This document shows positions 55,726 through 64,000 of a stretch of DNA of 64,000 bases, piece after piece. The DNA is taken from NCBI GenBank assembly GCA_951406725.2, contig OX597829.1:34534001-34598000 (forward strand), written 5' to 3'. A program made the position numbers and the translations under genes. This DNA is from Octopus vulgaris. Its lineage: Eukaryota. Position 1 is the first letter of the stretch; each line of letters begins with the position of its first letter. The notes under the pieces were generated by a model. That model made no database searches and had not been told where the DNA came from. It saw only the letters and a list, made by a program, of their open reading frames with translations.

Positions 55726-56488
55726 TGGCATGGATTGAATGGTTTGATAAGATCCAGCTAGCCACAGAGTTGCTTCAAATTCCAATGTTAGCTTCAGCAT
55801 GATTATGGCCGAAGACTTTTTCATGCCACCAGCACTAGCAACTTTGCTATGTAACTTGCAAGGCATGAAAAAATCCCTCCACTAAGTATATGTATCCACA
55901 CACACATATACATATATATACATCCACATATATAAATGCACATGCATACATATATGCAACGTACAAACCAATGCATGCTCGTGATAGTAGTAGACGGGCA
56001 TCCCCCTCACCAAATATTGCATTTTTTATACATAAAGAAGGAAGAGGTTCATAATGAGTAAGTTCAGGTGATTCAAAAACCATTATAAGAGAGTGGGGCA
56101 GAAGGTTAGGGAAAAGGGTTTAGAAAGGCACAGGCTATCATGCTGTAAACTCTGAGAATCTAATGCTATTTGAAATTCATAATTTTAGTTTTAGTGGTTA
56201 CACATGAAACATGTATAGATTGATAGTCTATATAGTATATCACACAAGAATTGAAATGAGTAGGAGAAACAAATCTATGTACAGTATACATGGCCACTGC
56301 CATTAGATAAGATGAGAGACAAAAGAATATATTTGCAACAAAACATTAAACAAAGCTGATTGTAGATTCACAAGCTTGCTTGAAAGAAAATGAGCAAATT
56401 TAAAGGAAAACTATCTCCTCATTCACATAAACACATACTACATGTATACACACATACAATAATTATGTAAACTTTTTCTTACCACCAG

Positions 56489-56645
56489 TGGAGAATGAAA
56501 ACCATTGTGACTTTGTGAAACTCAGAGAGATGCTGATACGAACCAATATGGAGGATCTACGTGAGACAACCCATCGTACGCACTATGAGCTCTACCGCAG
56601 GCACAAGCTCCAAGCTATGGGCTTTTCTGATAATGAATCTAAGAG
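56489..56645 (+). CDS. Septin exon 9
   Basis: [52 protein letters not shown]. Confidence 0.95.
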
Positions 56646-57327
56646 GTATGTACAGTAACTACAGTGTTCTTTTTTGGAGGCATGGAAGGTCTAATAAAGG
56701 CAGAAGTAATTGGAATTGTCATGTCTAACTGAATCTTTTGACATTCTTTGAAGTGTCATATAGTTACTTCTATGTTTTTGTTGCAATGAGAATCTAAGAG
56801 GTGAAGTCACTACTGTAATTTTATTGTAGTGCCTTCAGAATTTAACAGTCTGTAATTTTAGCAAGTTGGTTGTAGTCAATGAGTCAACAACTTCTATGTG
56901 TGTAGATACTTATATACATACCTAGGCATGGGCCTGGTTGTGTGGATATGCCATTCTACTTCATAACCATGTGGTTTACTGTTCTATCTCTCAGCCTGGA
57001 CACATGACTTCTACTCTAACCTTGGGCTTATCAATACTTTATGAGTGGAATTGGTATACAGAAACTCCCTCTTGTAGTTATGTGTATGTGCATAAATGTT
57101 CTGATATAATTCACACAAAAATGGGGAGGTCATTTCAAGACTTAATATTTTATCCTGTAATTGGCATTTTATGAGGACAAATAGAATGAAATATCCCTTA
57201 CTTGGAAAGTAGGCATTAAACCAATAATATGTATATGTGCGCATATTCATGTTTGTTTTTTGTGTATGTGCACATATGTATCAATATATATATATACATA
57301 GATCTATGTGTATACAAATCTTTTTAG

Positions 57328-57460
57328 CTTGTCTGAAACATATGAACTGAAACGTCAACAGCACATGAATGAATTGCAGAAGAAAGAAGAGGAGATGCGT
57401 CAGACATTTGTCATTCGTGTTAAAGAGAAGGAAGCTGAACTTAAAGACGCTGAGAAAGAG
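57328..57460 (+). CDS. Septin exon 10 (coiled coil)
   Basis: [45 protein letters not shown]. Confidence 0.94.
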
Positions 57461-58017
57461 GTTAGTGCAACTGTATTTATTGTATATGTGTGTACGAAGT
57501 ATATGTGTGTGTGTGTATGTTATTACAATATATATATTTGTGTGTGTGTGTGTATGTATATGAGTATGTTTATATACATATTTGTATGTACGTGTGTTTG
57601 TCCAGTTAATTCTACCCCTTCTACAGCTCCCATCTCCTGATCCACACGAATTATTATAACATGAACGAACACTCACAACATATATACTCTCTCTTTCTTT
57701 CTTCTTCTCACTCACATAAATATTGAATCCAAAAAATCTGACAGGCAGACATGACCTGGAGTAGAAAGGTCATGTTACTGAAGAGGTCACAAATAGTATA
57801 AACAAACAAAACTGATTGACTGGCTAACTGAATGATTAATCAAGCAATTGTGTAATTAATTGGTCAAATAGTTAACCGATTAACAAATAATAAAGAACTA
57901 AAATAAAACCAGTGCTTGTGTTTATTACTGAACCCTTCCAAGATACAACAAAATATATTTATTGAGATGTATGTATTATTGTGTGCACATACTGATGCAT
58001 ATCTGACTCTTCCACAG

Positions 58018-58185
58018 CTCCATGCTCGTTTTGAAGCTCTCAAGAAACAACATGCTGAAGACAAGAAGAAGCTTGATGAAAGCAAACGAAAGTTGGAAGA
58101 AGAATCAAACTTGTTCACTCAGCGCAAGGTTACAATGCAAACCCAAGCACAGCAGTCAACCATGGGTAAAGGCAAGAAGAAGTAA
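58018..58185 (+). CDS. Septin exon 11 (terminal coding exon)
   Basis: LHARFEALKKQHAEDKKKLDESKRKLEEESNLFTQRKVTMQTQAQQSTMGKGKKK*. All exon phases are compatible; total 1257 nt = 418 aa plus stop. Confidence 0.93.
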   Translation, partial: LHARFEALKKQHAEDKKKLDESKRKLEEESNLFTQRKVTMQTQAQQSTMGKGKKK

Positions 58186-59205
58186 ACAAAAAGAGACCTG
58201 TGCTTGATTGATGGAAGTGCTTGGTGGCGGGCAAGTATGCGCGCGCGTGTGTGTGTGTCTGTGTGTGTGTGTGCATATATGCATACATATATATATAAAA
58301 TGCATCTCAGTACACATATTTACATGGCTTTTGTATACAATGGTGTGTGTGTGTGCATATATACATATATATATGTATATAAATTCACACAACCAAACAC
58401 ACGTCATGTTGCTGTGAAGACAGTAAAATCTGCTGACAATATAGTCAAAACACAAATATGCATTTAAAATCTCTTTTCCTTTCTCTCTGATACAGATCAT
58501 AAACTTATATATATACATATATATATATATATGAGGGAGAAAGTTGTTTAGCAGCAGTCGAAGCTGTTTTACAGAACTGGCTCATTAAACCTCTATAATG
58601 AAGTGTTAATGTTTATGTGTATATATATTTGTGCATATACACATTTTTACAAACATAACCCCTACACACACACACACACACACAGAGACATACATGTATG
58701 TGTATGGAAACATGTAAATGCATATACAGGTTTTTCGTTTAACTTGGTATTTTTGTAAGCCTTTTATATACATCCAAACTCATTTGTGAGTACATCTTGG
58801 GGAATACAAAAAGATATTTTCTTTCAATAAATACATTTTACATTTATTTGCAATATTTTAAAAGTATTTTGAGTCATTGCATGAAAAGGATGAAGCATGT
58901 TTTCCTTTTTTTTCTTTTTACATAATACACACAAAAACATATATATATAATATACAACTACCTGTATATGCACATAGGTATATATACGCAATATTTTAGG
59001 GGCCAAAAATCAAAAAATTGTTAAAGATCTGTCAAAGAGGTATTTATGTTACTTTTTCCATGTAATAACATGAGTGGCTTTATAGTAGATTCCTCTACTC
59101 CACTACAAATATATAATCATTCATTATTTATGTGTAATTTGTATTTCATTTGCTCTCTATATTTAAGTAGATGCTGTATTTTGTAAAATGTGTATTTAAA
59201 TATAT

Positions 59206-59249
<44 letters not shown>

Positions 59250-59498
59250 ATATATATATATACATATATATATATACATATATATATATATCAGTGTGTG
59301 TTGTGTGCAAGTGGATGTTTCTGCATGTCTTTAGATATTAAAATATACAAGCATATATAAATGTAGAAATAGATGTAAGAATATAAAGATACATACATTG
59401 ATATTTATATACTTGTACTTTGTGTATGTATATTTATACATATATGCACATGCATAAGTACATTGATACAAGGATACAATGTTTATACAAATATTTGC

Positions 59499-59540
<42 letters not shown>

Positions 59541-61699
59541 GTAATTCAGATGTGTTTGTAAATGTATTTTGAATTCAATAAAACATTTTTTATATCTTTT
59601 TACTATATTTTTGTTCTTGTTTTCCTTTATATGCATGTGTATGTATGTGTTTATATCTCTTATTATAAAATCTATAAATAAAATGTTTTTAAAAATTTTT
59701 TTGAAAAGCAAAATATTGTGAATTATAAGAAAGAAGATAAAAGTATAAACCACTGACATAGCTTTTGTTTCAATATTTTGGGGGTTAAAATCCATTCTTC
59801 AAGAAATCTCCAGAAATTTGGTATTATGATCTTGCTTTACTGCTCTGTAATGTGTGTATGTATTTGTATATATGGAGGATTGTTTAACCTACATAAGGTA
59901 GCATAACCAATCAGCTGCATGCTGCTTGATGCTGTTAATGTGATTGGGCTTTGCTAATGATGATGGCTTTTTTAATTCCCAAATTCTTATTTCATTCTGT
60001 GGCATGCATACTTAAGACCTTGTTATCTTAAATGTGTCATTTTCTTAAGTGTTTTATGACAAAAGCAGCATCAGCATAGAGATGTTTTTTTAACCCAGAT
60101 GTGCTCTTTTCTGGTGGTACTTTCTATATGTGTGTGTATACATATAGCATTATACCAAATGAGGCTATATTACAAATGCAGCATAAGTCCACTAAGCACA
60201 ATAATTGATACTAATAATAAAATATTGAGAACAAGCTATACTGTCACAGTCTGTTAGTACAAATTTACAAATATTCACTTACAATACATTGGTAGTTATG
60301 TGGGATAGGTTGCATATCATTATACCTCCTTCCTGACATATCTCTTACTTGATATGTATCTTAGATTATTCAGAGTGTTACCTTTTCAAAAACTATTTAA
60401 GTTTCTAAATGAGAATTCTTATTGAAAGATTAAAGGCACATAAACACTTTCATCTGCCTGTCAGCTATTTGCAATGAGTGAATGACAACAAAACCATAGA
60501 GATGGTGTGCCACCCTGATAGCTGATTGCAGTAATGTGTAACATCAAAGTCAAAAATATGAGTTTTGCATCCTGTATCGGAATTCTCTTGACATCATTAT
60601 CATTTAACATTGGTTTTAGCATGGGCTGGACGGTTTGACAGGAGTTGGCCAGTTGAAGAGCTGCCCAGGCTCATGTCTGTTTGGGCATGGTTTCTATGGC
60701 TGGATGCTCTTCCCAATGCCAATCACTTTACAGAGTGTACTGAGTGCTTTTTACATGGCACCAGCACCCGTGATCCTGTAAGATTAGGAATGCTCAGTAG
60801 AAGAGAGATATAGGGAACATGCTTGTATGCAAGGACAAAATACTTGTTTTTTTACTTTATTCCAGCACACTATCAAAGCATTGCATTTACTTTCACAGAC
60901 TCAAGCATTTCCCCCTACAAAACCACTTTAAAATATCTTTCAATGGATGTATGATGAAACAGTAAATTTGTTTCTTCCACAAAATATACTTGTAAAATAG
61001 GACAAGTCTTATAGGTCAACAAATATTGTAAATACATTCAAATTAGAGTTTGCACAAGAGCAAACATATATGCCCGTGCACTTCTAGAAATAGCCACAGT
61101 ATGAATGTACTATAGATAACCATATAGTTTTGCTTTTTGCTTACACTAAATAAATATGGCTGGGCTTTTGTGAAGGGGTTGCTGAAGAGTTCCTAGCTTT
61201 GGATAAAAGAAAATACAGGAGGAGGATCAGTTAATTATGATTTTATTCAACATATTCTCCTCTCAGATTCACACACTTATTGCAGTGGTCCTTCAGTTTT
61301 TCTAAGCCTTGTAAAAGAACTCAGAAGGTTGAGCCTCCAACTAGGCCTTCTGCAACACCCTTAAAGCCAGGAACTTTTCTGCACTACTTTGTATGTGAAC
61401 ATACTTCCAATTAAGATGGCAGTTCTTCATGTCCAAAGACTAAGAAGAGCAGTATGTCCTGAAATGACTATGTAAAGCAATCCTAAATTGACAGGCTCTG
61501 ATCCACTAGAGTGTGTGCCACACCCAGACCTCACAAAATACACATATTACCTATAGTAGATTCAAAAGTACCCCACCACCCCAGCTATGCTAGTGCTCTG
61601 ATGCTGTTCATGCTTGCACTTAGCAGCTTTGAAGTGAGTCCATGGAATTTGATCCCACTCTTTAGACTTAGAAATCTGACCAGTAACTCAGAGATATGA

Positions 61700-63314
61700 A
61701 TTAACAAGATAGTGAAAAGGGTGATAATTTCTTACAATAATTCCATCGTAAGGACAAAGTCTGCATTAGCCCTTTGGATCAGTGACTGCAGGAAGAAGAA
61801 CATTGCACTAAATACCAACACCATTCATAAGAAGGCCAGACAGCTGTATGGTAAGTTTAGGGATGGCGGTGATGACAGCCCAGATGACCCTGAATCAGGA
61901 CCATCTACAACATCTCTCACCAAACCAACCGAATTTAATGCCAGCAAGAGCTGGTTTGATAATTTTTCAAAGGAGGTTCAATCTTAAGAGTGTGTCCCTA
62001 CATGGAGAAGCTGCCTCTGCTGACAAACCTGCCGCTGAGGAGTACGTGAAAGAGATGTTCAAGACCATCATTGAGGAAGGGGGATATTTGCATGAACAAG
62101 TTTTCAATATGGATGAGTTTGGCCTCTTTTAGAAATGGATGCCATCGTGGACTTTCCTTATGAAGGAGGAGGCCAGAGCCCCAGGGTTTAAGGTGTACAA
62201 AGATCACCTCACAATTATAATATGTGGAAATGCTGCAGGCTTTATGGTAAAGCCAGGGCTTATTTATAAGTCCAAAAACCTAAGGGCCCTCAATAACCAA
62301 AAAAAGAACCTGCTGCCAGTGCATTGGATGCACAAGCAGAAGGCATGGATAATGAAACCACTGAAATCAGATTGGTTTTACCAATGCTTCACCCCTGAAG
62401 TCAAGGTTTTTCTTACCAAAAAAGGATTGGAATTCAAAGTGTTTCTCCTAATGGACAATGCTGGAGGTCATGCACTCGACCTGTTGTATGAGGGTGTACA
62501 AATTGAATTCTTACTGCTGAACACAACATCATTGATCCAACCCATGGGTCAAGATGTTATTCATGCTTTTAATGTGCTCTATACGTGAAACTTCCTGCTG
62601 AAGGAGTACTGGCATGGTTACACCAATGCAACATGTCTCAAAAAAATTCCGAAGGCCATAAAGGAAACTTTGAATTGTCAGCTGAAAGAAATTGTAACCA
62701 GAAGCAGTCTACGACTATAAAGGAATCTCTCCTGATGAAATTCACCACTCTGCAGTGGATAAGGCAGTGAAGCTGGCAAAATTGCTAGGAGGAGATGGTT
62801 TCACCAATATGACTACCAAAGACATTAATAACCTGATCAAGGCCCACTCAGCTCCATTAACAGATGAAGATCTGGCAGAGATGACAAAGTCAGCAAGTGA
62901 GAAAGAAGTCATCCTTTCACTAGAACACCACTCAACTCTAGCAAAAACGGCAAAAAAACTTCAAGGAATGGCAGAAGATTGAGACCTCTAGATGATTCAT
63001 GTGTTGCAGCTCAGAAATGCAATCGACGGAACCATGGAAGCTTATAAAAACCTCCTTACACAGAAGAAAAAGCAGTGCTAGCAACTACCCATCACTATGT
63101 TTCTCACCTGCAAAAAAGGAGAAAAGATAGGTACTCCTAAGAGTGTGGGAGAGTTTATAAAAGCTTAAATATATAAAAATTATAAAACAAATGTACACAA
63201 ATTATGAAAATGATTTTAAAAAATATACAGAAGAGTACTGTTTCTACTTTGTGGATTTTCACTTATTGCGGGGAGTTTTGGAATGTAGCACCTGTGATAG
63301 TCAAGGGATTACTG
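61700..63314 (+). mobile_element. Degenerate pogo/Tigger DNA transposon
   Basis: CENP-B-type HTH (ALALWI...FNASKSWFDNF), QVFNMDEFGLF, LLMDNAGGH and NTTSLIQPMGQ. 3' end ...GGGATTACTG|TA. Confidence 0.88.
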
Positions 63315-63364
63315 TATATCTAAATATAAGTATATATATATATATGGTGACATACAGCTAGATA

Positions 63365-64000
63365 CGAGGGGCGTTCAATAAGTAATGCCTCTGACCCACT
63401 TACCTTTGTTTGATCTAGCTGAAATTTTGCATGTGCAATTATTGATATCTCTATAGTGGCAAATTACAGCTCCGAACTAACTGTGGTTTCTGATTTACAG
63501 GTGTTTGAAATGAGTCAAGTGGGAAATGGAGCATGTTGAGTGTCGAGCAGTGATCCGGTTTTTGTATTTGAAATGACGCACACCACAGGAGACTTTTAAT
63601 GAAATGAAAGTAACTTATGGTGATGATGCCCCATCATATGACCTTGTAAAACGCTGGCATCGTGAATTCAAACATGGTCAGAACTCTGTGGAAACAGCTC
63701 CCAGATCTGGTCGCACCCCTTCTGCCATTGATGAGGCATCTGTCCGTCAAGTTGAGGCTGCCATTTTGGAAGATCGACGCATAACTATTCGCCAAATAGC
63801 CCATGAGGTCAAGATTAGTACCGGGTCTGTGGAAACTATCATTCATGACCATTTGCATATGCAAAAGGTGTCTGCCAGATGGATTTCCAGGTTGCTCACA
63901 CTTTTCCAGAAGCAAGAACGCAAGAATTCCAGAAGCAAGAATTTAGGGATGTGCCAAGAAGATGAGTCAAAATTTTTCAAAAGACTGATTACACAGGATG
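63365..64000 (+). mobile_element. Mariner transposon 5' part (runs off the window), pseudogenised
   Basis: TA|CGAGGGGCGTTCAATAAGTAATG TIR. ORF from 63526: MEHVECRAVIRFLYLK*...YGDDAPSY...PRSGRTP...KVSARWI, with an in-frame stop. Confidence 0.88.

Overview
AT-rich eukaryotic genomic DNA; the repeat families and huge (TA)n tracts suggest a coleoid cephalopod such as Octopus (inference, not verified). There are two + strand intron-containing genes. One is the last four coding exons of enolase-phosphatase E1 (ENOPH1/mtnC, 1606-26217), whose final intron is GC-AG. The other is a complete 11-exon SEPT6-group septin (36086-58185, about 418 aa). Introns and intergenic DNA hold RTE and CR1/L2-like LINE fragments, tRNA-derived SINEs, mariner/Tc1, pogo/Tigger, piggyBac-like and Helitron elements, and a decayed Penelope-like element. 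The most notable signal is a set of type I hammerhead ribozyme folds from at least four unrelated repeat families, plus one variant-core candidate. The clearest case is a young 492-bp unit present as one inverted plus about 1.8 tandem copies (19248-20645) in the ENOPH1 intron. Each unit carries an intact hammerhead with a 58-nt stem II insertion, which looks like a retrozyme or Penelope pseudo-LTR able to release a 492-nt RNA. Several of these elements sit in head-to-head fold-back arrangements. All folds were paired by eye; none is computationally or experimentally confirmed.
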